DNA of 64,000 nt, taken from the NCBI GenBank assembly GCA_963668675.2, contig CAXXMB010000002.1, positions 96,001 to 160,000 on the forward strand, written 5' to 3'. Numbering within the stretch: position 1 is the stretch's first letter; every line of letters begins with the position of its first letter. The translations under genes were made by a program, and so were the position numbers. Shown here one piece after another: positions 22,585 through 31,572 of this stretch. The notes beneath the pieces were generated by a model that was not told the DNA's origin, made no database searches, and saw only the letters and a list, made by a program, of their open reading frames with translations. The stretch comes from an uncultured Desulfatitalea sp. (GTDB taxonomy: Bacteria; Desulfobacterota; Desulfobacteria; Desulfobacterales; Desulfosarcinaceae).

Positions 22585-24411
22585 TCATGGGAACAGGGCA
22601 AAACAGAGCCACACGATAACGGTTGGCAGCAGAGCCCCCATGAGCAATCCAAATGGTGACACGGCGTCGTCGAAATACCTCTTTAAAAGCGACTGCCCGG
22701 CCGGATTGGGTGCGTTGGCGATGACGGTAAGCCCTCCCCCGGCCACCGCCCCGGCCACCACGGCATACTTGAGGCTGTCGTCAAATCCGGGCACCAGGGT
22801 GCTGAGATAGGTGATCGCGGCATTGTCGTTGAAAGCGGTCAAAACGGTTGCACTCAGCATAAGCGGGATCTCGCTGAGACTTCCCAGCACCGGCTCGATC
22901 CACCATCCCTGCACACCACCGTGGATCACCAGCCCCCCGAGGAAAAAGCCGACCAACAAGGGCGCTTTGAGGTCGATGCGATTCTGGAACGGGATGGTGA
23001 CCTGCGCGAATCCCAAGAAAAAAAGCAGCCCGGGGATAAACAGTTGCGGATGATGAGCGTTGAATATGGTCCACCCCATAAACAGGACATGCCCGATAAT
23101 CACCCAGGCAGGTACTGGGTCATCGCGCTGATCCCAGTCAGGATCGGCAAACACCGGACGCTTCAGTACGGGGAGAAATCCGGGGATATATTCTCTCAGC
23201 TTTTTTAGCTTGATCTCCTCGAAGCGTTTGTCGAAGGCCTCCTTTACCAGTTCGGGTTCAAAGCCCCGTCTTTGAAGCCGAGGCAAGAAGGACGCTTCCA
23301 ATCGGTTTTTCACGCTTTCGATAATCTCGTTTGTTTTGCGTCCCACCGTCTCTGCAAACTGGAGTTCTTCGGAGACCAGTGGTCCGATCTTTTCGAATTC
23401 GGCCTCAAGCTCTTTTCGTTTGATCATCTCCGTCTGAATGCGATGCTTGATCTCTTCGACGGCAAATGCGTGCTGCAGTTCAGCGAACTCTTTTCGGAAG
23501 AACAAATAGTAGATAGAGTTGCTCAAAAGAATTCCGATAATCTCTTTCCATCCGAAATGGGTGACCATAAACAGCGTATCCCATTCCCAAGGGCCGGCCA
23601 CCATCAATACAGGAGGGGCGGCGAAGTTGGTCAACGTCCCGCCAACCGAAATGTTCACAAAAAGAAGGCCCAGGGTGGCGTATTTAAATTTGGTGCTGGG
23701 CTGCAAGGTGTAAAATTTGCTGCTGAGCAACAATGCGGAAATGGTCATTGCTGCCGGTTCGGTGATGAACGAGCCCAGGGTGGGTCCCAGTGTCAAAATG
23801 GTAAACCACCAGGCCGTGAGACTACCACCCAAAATGGCTGCAATTTTCTTCATGATCATCTCTGCCAATTTCAGGATAGGGCGGGTCGCAGCCAAAATCA
23901 TAATCGCGACGACGAACATAGGCTCCCCGAAATTGACGTTATGAGAGATGTAGTTGACGGTTGTCTTCCAATCGAAGAAAATGATGATGGTGATCACCAG
24001 GGCCCCCGCCCACAGGCCGAACACCACTTCGACTTCACCAAAAAAGTGAAACAGTTCGGCCCCGTGGTGAACCGAGTACTTGTCGGCCTTGCCCTGCCGT
24101 ATCTTTTCTTCGTGTTCATGCTCCCATTTATGCGCCAAGGTCATGAACTTGCTGCTCAGAAAAGTGTGAACGATGGCGCAGAAAAAAATCAGCGTAGCCA
24201 CGAGATTGAATGGCTGCTGACGAACACGGCTTACTAAAATGCCGAAGATGCCATCGGTATCCTGATCTGCGTAACTGCTCAACGAAGGTGGAAAGTCGAC
24301 CGCCTGTTCAGTTGTGGGGGCGGCACCCCAGGCGGCGCCGGCCCAAATCGCTACCAGGGCCAACAGCGGAATCAATAGCCGGCATTTTGACCAAAGTGGA
24401 TAGATCTTCAT
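22585..24411 (-). CDS. Putative Na+/H+ antiporter (DUF1504-like ion-transporter family)
   Basis: FHFFGEVEVVFGLW, GSFITEPAAMT, NISVGGTLTNFAAPPVLMVA and GGGLTVIANAPNPAG motifs; many TM segments. Confidence 0.82.
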   Translation of the reverse strand: MKIYPLWSKCRLLIPLLALVAIWAGAAWGAAPTTEQAVDFPPSLSSYADQDTDGIFGILVSRVRQQPFNLVATLIFFCAIVHTFLSSKFMTLAHKWEHEHEEKIRQGKADKYSVHHGAELFHFFGEVEVVFGLWAGALVITIIIFFDWKTTVNYISHNVNFGEPMFVVAIMILAATRPILKLAEMIMKKIAAILGGSLTAWWFTILTLGPTLGSFITEPAAMTISALLLSSKFYTLQPSTKFKYATLGLLFVNISVGGTLTNFAAPPVLMVAGPWEWDTLFMVTHFGWKEIIGILLSNSIYYLFFRKEFAELQHAFAVEEIKHRIQTEMIKRKELEAEFEKIGPLVSEELQFAETVGRKTNEIIESVKNRLEASFLPRLQRRGFEPELVKEAFDKRFEEIKLKKLREYIPGFLPVLKRPVFADPDWDQRDDPVPAWVIIGHVLFMGWTIFNAHHPQLFIPGLLFFLGFAQVTIPFQNRIDLKAPLLVGFFLGGLVIHGGVQGWWIEPVLGSLSEIPLMLSATVLTAFNDNAAITYLSTLVPGFDDSLKYAVVAGAVAGGGLTVIANAPNPAGQSLLKRYFDDAVSPFGLLMGALLPTVIVWLCFALFP

Positions 24412-24525
24412 CTCTTTTGCTCCGGACTTAGCATGTTGGGCGCACAGGCATGGCCGGACAGATCGAATTGCCCGGTGTGTGGCCCAGCGTTACTGAAACA
24501 TAAACCGCCCAAAAATAACTGCAGC

Positions 24526-24945
24526 TTACTTGCCTCTGGTCTCTTTCAAGGTCTGTTTCAAAATATAGTAGGCAATCGCAATTGAAATAATCAGTGCAGC
24601 GATGCCTATCACTGACACCCCTGAATACTCCTTGACGTCCAGAATGATCACTTTTCGGGTAATGGCGATCAGGGCCACTTCGAGTACAATCTCCGAGTGG
24701 ACCACCTTTTCGGCAAGATAGGCCTTAATGGTCTCCAACAGCTCCACCCCTATGAGGATCAGCAAAAAAAACCCGAATATTTCTAGTAGCTGGTCGATCT
24801 CCAACCAGAAAAGCGGTGGCGAAATAATATCTTGAACAATGATGTATGCCAGTTCAACCGTGGATATCAGCACAACGACGATCATCATGAAAATGAGGGC
24901 CAGGATGACGGCATGTTCAAATTTTCGAATAATACTTGTCCCCAT
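24526..24945 (-). CDS. Phosphate-starvation-inducible PsiE family membrane protein
   Basis: Four TM segments; LLILIGVELLETIKAY and VALIAITRKVIILD motifs. Start at ATG 24945 with GGGAG RBS. Confidence 0.85.
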   Translation of the reverse strand: MGTSIIRKFEHAVILALIFMMIVVVLISTVELAYIIVQDIISPPLFWLEIDQLLEIFGFFLLILIGVELLETIKAYLAEKVVHSEIVLEVALIAITRKVIILDVKEYSGVSVIGIAALIISIAIAYYILKQTLKETRGK

Positions 24946-25069
24946 CGAAAGACTCCCGTTGGCATTGATAAGGGTGCGTTCTCGCCCCCACACGGCCCCG
25001 AATCGCCTTAAGCGCGTCGGTGGTGATCTGAAAAACGAACCAAACAGCTATTTTACTTGCCGACAGACG

Positions 25070-25095
25070 AATGCTATCATAGAGTTCATAGCATT
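25070..25095. promoter_or_regulatory. Inverted repeat overlapping a putative -10 element; possible operator
   Basis: AATGCTAT-N10-ATAGCATT overlaps TGcTATCAT in the divergent psiE / binding-protein intergenic region. Confidence 0.35.
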
Positions 25096-25233
25096 AAAAA
25101 CAGTAACATTCTACTCCCCTTGCTCTTTTTTCGATTCGGACGCACCCTATGCGAAGGGGCAGATCGGGCTCGGCATTGGTTTGATAGGCAAAGCACTCCT
25201 TATTCACTTGCAAACAAAAGGAGATGACAACCC

Positions 25234-26370
25234 ATGCGAGGATGTGAACGCTCACGACCATTCTGTTTGCTTTGTGGTATCGCGATAGCCTTGGCCGTCT
25301 CTACCCTTCAAGGATGCAAACCCAGAGATCCCATCCGAATCGGTTTTGTCGCCGGCACATCCGGCCGGGTGGCCGATCTTGGTATTTCGGGCCGGGATGC
25401 CGCCCAACTGGCCATCGAACAGTGCAACAGGGACGGCGGCATTGGAGGGCACCCGGTCCAGCTCATCGTCAAGGACGATCAACAGAATCCAGATCGTGCC
25501 CGCCAAGTCGTCAAGGAGTTGATCGATGAGGGTGCAGTCGCCATGATCGGACCGATGACCAGCGACATGGCCGTTGCCGTCACGCCCCTTCTGAATGAGG
25601 CGCGGCTGGTCACCGTAAGCCCCACGGCGACCACCCAGTCGCTCTCCGGCAAGGATGACTATTTTTTCCGGGTTACATCAACCACCCTCGCATACGCCCG
25701 AAAGAGCGCCCGATATCAAATTGACCGCGCCGGCGCCCGCCGAATCGCAGCGGCATACGACAGGGGCAACCGCTCCTTCTGCGAGAATTGGCTGGCTAAT
25801 TTCAAAAAGGTCTTCACCGACTCGGGGGGAGAGATTGTCGTCACCGCTAATTTTAAATCGGACGAACCGCCGACTTTTCTCGAAATTGCAGGCAAATTGC
25901 TCGCATCCCAGCCCGACTGCGTGATCATCATCGCCAATTCCATGGATTCGGCCCTGCTGTGCCATCAGATCCGCAAGATCGACACTGAGACGCCGATAAT
26001 GCTGGCCGACTGGGGCGCTACCGAACGTCTCCTTGAATTGGGGGGCAAGGCGGTCGAAGGGATAACGGTGGTGCAGACATTCGATCGCAACAGCCAGGCA
26101 CCTCGCTATCAGACTTTCCGGAAAACCTATATCGAACGCTATCAGCGTGAACCCGGTTTTCCTGGTGTCCATACCTATGATGCTGTGCAGGTGGTTCTGG
26201 CCACCCTTCACGCACAGAAGAGCGGAGAGAGTTTCAAAGAGACCCTGCTCTCCATAAGAACATTCGAAGGACTGCAAAGCAGTTTCAGCTTGGACGAATT
26301 CGGAGATACGAACCGCGGCTATGAAACCATCGGCATTGTCCGCAACAACCGTTTTGCCGTCTTGGAGTGA
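25234..26370 (+). CDS. LivJ-like periplasmic binding protein (probable lipoprotein) with no cognate permease nearby
   Basis: Signal peptide ending LQGC; PIRIGFVAGTSG, GGIGGHPVQLIVKDD and IGPMTS motifs. Confidence 0.88.
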   Translation: MRGCERSRPFCLLCGIAIALAVSTLQGCKPRDPIRIGFVAGTSGRVADLGISGRDAAQLAIEQCNRDGGIGGHPVQLIVKDDQQNPDRARQVVKELIDEGAVAMIGPMTSDMAVAVTPLLNEARLVTVSPTATTQSLSGKDDYFFRVTSTTLAYARKSARYQIDRAGARRIAAAYDRGNRSFCENWLANFKKVFTDSGGEIVVTANFKSDEPPTFLEIAGKLLASQPDCVIIIANSMDSALLCHQIRKIDTETPIMLADWGATERLLELGGKAVEGITVVQTFDRNSQAPRYQTFRKTYIERYQREPGFPGVHTYDAVQVVLATLHAQKSGESFKETLLSIRTFEGLQSSFSLDEFGDTNRGYETIGIVRNNRFAVLE

Positions 26371-26374
26371 TGCG

Positions 26375-29300
26375 ATGACATCTTCTATACCGCTTCGCCG
26401 TTACCTCTCATTGCAGTTCGGTATCATAGCCGCCTCTCCGGTAATCGTCATCGCTTTTCTCTTTTGGCTGTTCCTAATGCCCCAAATGCGCGCCGATGTA
26501 GGGATAAAGCAGCGCGCGCTGGCTCGTGCCATTTCCGGTCAGATCTCTGCTCACCTCATGGGAGGCCAGCGCCAGCTCATGGCCCTTTCCAAATATGTGG
26601 AAAGCCTGGGACCCCATCCCGCGACAGGACTGTTTTCGCTGCTGGACACCCAGTGTGGAGAGGGAGAACTTTTTGAAACGATCTATATCGCCGGCCCGGA
26701 CGAAACGATCTACAGCCTGGGATTAAGCCACAAGCGACGCTCCAACCGAAACGATCTGCTCGGGCTCGATCTTTCCGGTCGCGCGTTCTACCATGAAGCT
26801 CGCATGACCCAAGTGTCGACATGGTCGGAGACATTTCTTTCAACTGCCAGCAGCCATCTGGCGGTTGCGCTTGCCATCCCGCTCGCCGAACGCATGATCA
26901 TCGGTGAAATCACGCTCGGCCAACTCTCAGAATTCATCAGTCACCTGCCGGCCGGTGCCGAACTGCTCACCATCGTTCTGGATCGAAACGGGCGCGTCGT
27001 TGCCGATTCCCGAAAATTACTCAGAGGCCAGCAGCTTAACCTGGACATGATGACCCAAAGCACGCCTCAAGTGAATAGAGGCGCTGAAGCGCGGCTTGTC
27101 TCAACCCCCTTCGAATTGAATGGTCAGCGGCTGATCGGAACGGTGGTTGAAATCGAAACATTGGGATGGCGGGTGCTGGTAGCCCAGCCGATTCATAAGG
27201 CCTACGGGCCGCTGAAGGCCGCTTTTATCATGTCCGCAATGGGACTGGCCGTAACCCTTGCGCTGGTTCTGGTCCTGGCATGGTTCCGGGCCGGCAACCT
27301 CTCCCGACTATTTCAACTGTATGCAGGACACGCGCAATGCATCGCCCAAGGAAACTACGATCTTGAATGGCCCACCTCGAAAACTGAAGAATTCGCCCAG
27401 CTGGGACAAAATCTGGATGTCATGGCCAAACGAATCAGCCAGCGAGAAAGGGAGATCGTTGCCAATGAGACCCAGTTGCGCATAACGCTGAACTCTATTG
27501 GCGATGCCGTGATTGCCACCGATAAAAATGGAGCAATCACCCGAATGAATCCCATGGCTGAGCAATTGACCGGATGGTCGCTTGAAACGGCCGCCGGGCA
27601 GCCGTTGGCCGAAGTGTTCCATATCGTCAATGCCTATACCCGCCAAGAGGTAGCCAATCCGGTGAAAAAGGTACTTGCCACCGGAGAGATTGTCGGCCTG
27701 GCCAATCACACCATGCTGATCTCCAAGGATGGCCGGGAGTACCAAGTTTCAGACAGCGGGGCGCCCATCCGCCATCCCGATGGCCGCATCGTTGGCGTGG
27801 TGCTCGTATTCAGGGATGTGACCGAAAGCTATGTGAAGGACCAACGCATCCGCGAAAATGAAAAGATGCTCAAAGATATCACCGCCAATGTGCCCGGTGT
27901 GGTCTATCAGGTCGAGTTCGACCGCAAACGTGAATATGCCAATGCCTATGTGAGCGAAAAAGCAGAAGAGTTGATCGGCCTCGATATAAAGCCGGAAACT
28001 TTCTACGCCGACTTCCTGACCCATCTCCCTGAGCATGACCGGCAGAGCTTTGCCGCCTCAATCCGTGAGGCGGTAGATCATGTCAAACCATGGCAATACG
28101 AAGGCAAGCTGATCAAACCCGACGGAGAAGAGATGTGGTTCTCCACAAGCGCGACTACCCATAAAAAAAACGACACGGTTGTACTATACGGGGTTTTGAT
28201 AGACATCACCGAAAACAAACAGTTGGAAGAGTCCCTGCGCCTCACCCAGTTCTGCTTCGACAAAGCCTCCATCGGCATCTTCCGGATCGGTGACGAGGGA
28301 CAGATTCTCGACGTCAACGAACAGGCCTGCCTCAGCCTCGGTTACTCTAAAAAAGAGCTCTGCAACCTCACTGTTTTTGATATTGACCCCAATTCCAGCT
28401 CCGAGATATGGCCGGATCACATTCAAAACCTCCGAAAAATTAAAACACGCAGCATCGAAACCCAGCATAAACGTAAAAACGGGGATCTCATCCCGGTACA
28501 GATCCTGATCAATGTGATGACCTTTGAAGGCCAGGAGTTTCGTATCGCTTATGTTCAGGACATTTCCGAAAGAAAAAAGGCTGAAAAAGAGACCCAACGC
28601 CTCGAATCGGCATTGCTGCAGGCCCAGAAGATGGAGGCCATCGGAACCCTGGCCGGTGGTATTGCTCACGACTTCAACAACATCCTCTCTGCGGTGATAG
28701 GTTATACGGAGTTGTCCCTCTGGAATACGGATCGGGACGCCCCGGTCTATCAAAATTTGCGCAAGATTTTGACAGCCGGCATGCGCGCCCGGGATCTGGT
28801 CGAGCAGATTCTCACCTTCAGCCGCAAGGCCGAGCGTGAGCTGAAGCCCCTCCAGGTCGGCCCCCTCGTCAAAGAGGCACTCAAACTGCTGCGCTCGTCC
28901 CTTCCAACCACCATTGAAATAGCGCAGGAGATCGACGACCATACGGACAATGTTATGGCCGACCCGACTCAGATCCACCAGATCATCATAAACCTGTGCA
29001 CCAATGCAGCCCATGCCATGGATACCGGGGGCGGGCAAATGAAAATCAGCCTGTCGCAGGTCAAACTCAGCGAACATGATATCCGGTTGCATCCGGGACT
29101 CAATCCTGGCGATTATCTCAAACTTGCTGTCCAGGATACCGGCACGGGCATCCCTGCTGACATCATTGCAAAAATCTACGATCCCTATTTTACCACCAAA
29201 CAGAAAGGCAAAGGAACCGGTCTGGGGCTGGCCGTGGTGCACGGCATCGTCAAAGGTTATGGCGGAGCAATTTTTGTCTACAGTGAATCGCCCGGCGGCA

Positions 29301-29752
29301 CCACATTCAATATTTACCTCCCGACGGTGAAGGGGGAGACGGCACTTCAAACAATACCTCCCCACACACTTCCCAGAGGCACCGAACATATTCTGATCGT
29401 CGATGATGAAGCCCTTCTGATCGATGTGCTGCAGCAGATGCTGGAGAATCTTGGTTACCGGGTCTCTGCAACCAACGACGGTAAAACAGCATTGGAGATG
29501 TACTGCCGGAAGCCGGACGCTTTCGATCTGGTGCTGACCGACATGACCATGCCCAAAATGACCGGTGACGAGCTTGCGTCCGAGCTTCTGAAAATCAACG
29601 CCGACCTCCCCATTATTTTGTGCACCGGCTACAGCGCCAAAATCTCTGCCGAAACAGCCTTGAGAATGGGCATCAGGGCCTTTATCTACAAACCGATCGT
29701 TGAGATTGACCTGGCCAATATCGTACGCAATGTTCTGGATGGCGTACCATAG
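26375..29752 (+). CDS. Hybrid sensor histidine kinase (periplasmic Cache-like domain, HAMP, 3 PAS, HisKA, HATPase, REC)
   Basis: Two TMs, PAS motif SIGDAVIATD, H-box GGIAHDFNNIL, N-box NLCTNAAHAM, G boxes DTGTG and GTGLGL, receiver LVLTDMTMP. Start at ATG 26375, 4 bp after the binding-protein stop. Confidence 0.93.
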   Translation: MTSSIPLRRYLSLQFGIIAASPVIVIAFLFWLFLMPQMRADVGIKQRALARAISGQISAHLMGGQRQLMALSKYVESLGPHPATGLFSLLDTQCGEGELFETIYIAGPDETIYSLGLSHKRRSNRNDLLGLDLSGRAFYHEARMTQVSTWSETFLSTASSHLAVALAIPLAERMIIGEITLGQLSEFISHLPAGAELLTIVLDRNGRVVADSRKLLRGQQLNLDMMTQSTPQVNRGAEARLVSTPFELNGQRLIGTVVEIETLGWRVLVAQPIHKAYGPLKAAFIMSAMGLAVTLALVLVLAWFRAGNLSRLFQLYAGHAQCIAQGNYDLEWPTSKTEEFAQLGQNLDVMAKRISQREREIVANETQLRITLNSIGDAVIATDKNGAITRMNPMAEQLTGWSLETAAGQPLAEVFHIVNAYTRQEVANPVKKVLATGEIVGLANHTMLISKDGREYQVSDSGAPIRHPDGRIVGVVLVFRDVTESYVKDQRIRENEKMLKDITANVPGVVYQVEFDRKREYANAYVSEKAEELIGLDIKPETFYADFLTHLPEHDRQSFAASIREAVDHVKPWQYEGKLIKPDGEEMWFSTSATTHKKNDTVVLYGVLIDITENKQLEESLRLTQFCFDKASIGIFRIGDEGQILDVNEQACLSLGYSKKELCNLTVFDIDPNSSSEIWPDHIQNLRKIKTRSIETQHKRKNGDLIPVQILINVMTFEGQEFRIAYVQDISERKKAEKETQRLESALLQAQKMEAIGTLAGGIAHDFNNILSAVIGYTELSLWNTDRDAPVYQNLRKILTAGMRARDLVEQILTFSRKAERELKPLQVGPLVKEALKLLRSSLPTTIEIAQEIDDHTDNVMADPTQIHQIIINLCTNAAHAMDTGGGQMKISLSQVKLSEHDIRLHPGLNPGDYLKLAVQDTGTGIPADIIAKIYDPYFTTKQKGKGTGLGLAVVHGIVKGYGGAIFVYSESPGGTTFNIYLPTVKGETALQTIPPHTLPRGTEHILIVDDEALLIDVLQQMLENLGYRVSATNDGKTALEMYCRKPDAFDLVLTDMTMPKMTGDELASELLKINADLPIILCTGYSAKISAETALRMGIRAFIYKPIVEIDLANIVRNVLDGVP

Positions 29753-29982
29753 AGATTAAAGTACTGGGCCCCGGATGCCCCAGATGCGAACATACCCTTA
29801 AAGTGGTGGAGGCGGCTGTGAATGAGGCCGGCATCAGTGCCAATATCGAAAGAGTGACCGATTTGATGCAAATTGCCGGCTGCGGGGTCTTCGGTACGCC
29901 TGCGGTGGTCATCGATGGGGATGTGAAGTCGGTGGGGAAGATCCCTGCCAAAGAGGATGTAAAATCCTGGTTGGAAACCTGA
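29749..29982 (+). CDS. Small redox-active disulfide protein (thioredoxin fold, MTH895-like, ars-cluster type); ATA start or start-lost pseudogene
   Basis: Manual translation: (ATA)[76 protein letters not shown]. No ATG/GTG/TTG in frame between the upstream TGA (29707) and the CxxC. Absent from the ORF track. Confidence 0.8.
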   Translation: MEIKVLGPGCPRCEHTLKVVEAAVNEAGISANIERVTDLMQIAGCGVFGTPAVVIDGDVKSVGKIPAKEDVKSWLET

Positions 29983-30001
29983 CATCATTCCTGGAGACAG
30001 C

Positions 30002-31093
30002 ATGGCTGGCACTGCAGAGAGACGACTGAACTTCCTCGACCGATATCTCACCCTTTGGATCTTCCTGGCGATGTTCATCGGCGTGGGATCCGGCTATTTT
30101 TTTCCGGGGATAAAGACTTTCATCAATCGCTTTTCCGTGGGCACCACCAATATACCCATTGCCCTGGGTCTGATCCTGATGATGTATCCGCCGCTGGCCA
30201 AGGTGAAGTATGAAAAATTGGGGTTCGTCTTCCGCGATGTCAAAATATTGTTCTTGTCTCTCGTGCAAAACTGGGTTGTCGGTCCGATCCTGATGTTCGT
30301 GCTGGCTATCGTCTTTTTGTCAGGCCACCAGGCATACATGACGGGGCTCATCCTCATCGGGCTGGCCCGCTGCATTGCCATGGTCATCGTCTGGAACGAT
30401 CTGGCCGGAGGCGACAGAGAGTACTGCGCCGGACTGGTGGCTTTCAACTCCATCTTCCAGGTGCTCTTCTTCTCCTTCTACGCCTACATCTTCATCACCG
30501 TTCTGCCCGGGTGGGTCGGCCTGGAGGGCATGGAGGTGGACATCTCCATCGGCCAGATAGCAGAGAGCGTCTTTATCTACCTGGGCATCCCCTTCATCGC
30601 CGGCGTAATCTCGCGCATCATCGGTTTAAAAACGGTCGGGGCAGAGCGCTATGAGACGCGATTCATCCCCAAAATCAGCCCTATCACCCTCATCGCCCTT
30701 CTGTTCACGATCCTGGTGATGTTCTCCCTCAAGGGAGAATTCATCGTCCAACTGCCTTCCGATGTGCTGCGGGTGGCCATTCCGCTGTGCATCTACTTCG
30801 TGATCATGTTCTTCGTCTCGTTCTGGCTCTCCATGAAATCCAAGGCGACCTATGAGCAGGCCACCACCCTCTCGTTCACTGCGGCCTCCAACAACTTCGA
30901 GTTGGCCATCGCCGTTGCTGTGGCCGTGTTCGGCATCGACTCGGGCCAGGCCTTTGCCGCCGTCATCGGTCCGCTGGTGGAGGTGCCGGTGCTGATCGCC
31001 CTGGTCAATGCCGCCGTATGGTTCAAACGCAAATACTTCCCCTATGCGGTAGAGACGCCCGCCGGAGTCTGCCATGTGACGCGCAGGCCGTAG
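30002..31093 (+). CDS. acr3: ACR3 family arsenite efflux transporter
   Basis: [49 protein letters not shown] and VIGPLVEVP motifs. Confidence 0.95.
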   Translation: MAGTAERRLNFLDRYLTLWIFLAMFIGVGSGYFFPGIKTFINRFSVGTTNIPIALGLILMMYPPLAKVKYEKLGFVFRDVKILFLSLVQNWVVGPILMFVLAIVFLSGHQAYMTGLILIGLARCIAMVIVWNDLAGGDREYCAGLVAFNSIFQVLFFSFYAYIFITVLPGWVGLEGMEVDISIGQIAESVFIYLGIPFIAGVISRIIGLKTVGAERYETRFIPKISPITLIALLFTILVMFSLKGEFIVQLPSDVLRVAIPLCIYFVIMFFVSFWLSMKSKATYEQATTLSFTAASNNFELAIAVAVAVFGIDSGQAFAAVIGPLVEVPVLIALVNAAVWFKRKYFPYAVETPAGVCHVTRRP

Positions 31094-31214
31094 AAGCATA
31101 CCTCTATGTCGCAATTTTATAGAAGCAGGCAAGGCTTTGTACCCAAGGCCCACAATTTAGGTGCCATGCAACGGGTGCTTGGGCAGCGCGCCACTTTTGC
31201 CATTAACAGGCCAT

Positions 31215-31239
31215 GTAGGGGCGGGCTTTACGCCCGCCC
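31215..31239 (+). repeat. GTAG-type REP palindrome
   Basis: GTAG followed by the GGGCGGGC-tttac-GCCCGCCC hairpin. Confidence 0.65.
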
Positions 31240-31355
31240 AGGCGGCAGTAAAAACACATCAAGTTGATACCCCTGGTGTAAACACAGATATAGGAACAAC
31301 CGACAAAAGTGAGGCTGTCAGATCACGCCCGGCATAACGTTTTTGTGTAACCGAC

Positions 31356-31446
31356 TCCCCCCCTTTTCCAAAGGGGGGCGGGGGGGATTTAGCTGATCCT
31401 CAATACACTGAAATCCCCCTAAATCCCCCTTTAGAAAAGGGGGACT
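31356..31446. repeat. REP-like inverted doublet (CCCCCTTT..AAAGGGGG type)
   Basis: TCCCCCCCTTTTCCAAAGGGGGGCGGGGGGGATTT followed by an inverted copy AAATCCCCCTAAATCCCCCTTTAGAAAAGGGGGACT, separated by a 20-nt spacer. Confidence 0.7.
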
Positions 31447-31572
31447 TTCCCGTTGAATCGTAATGAGATTGGATCAAAGAATAAAATACGTTGCACAGGC
31501 CAATCATTGCTGCAGTTCGGGCACTTAAGCTTTATGGAGAACCGTATTCATCAAAACGTTCGGTGGACAGAT

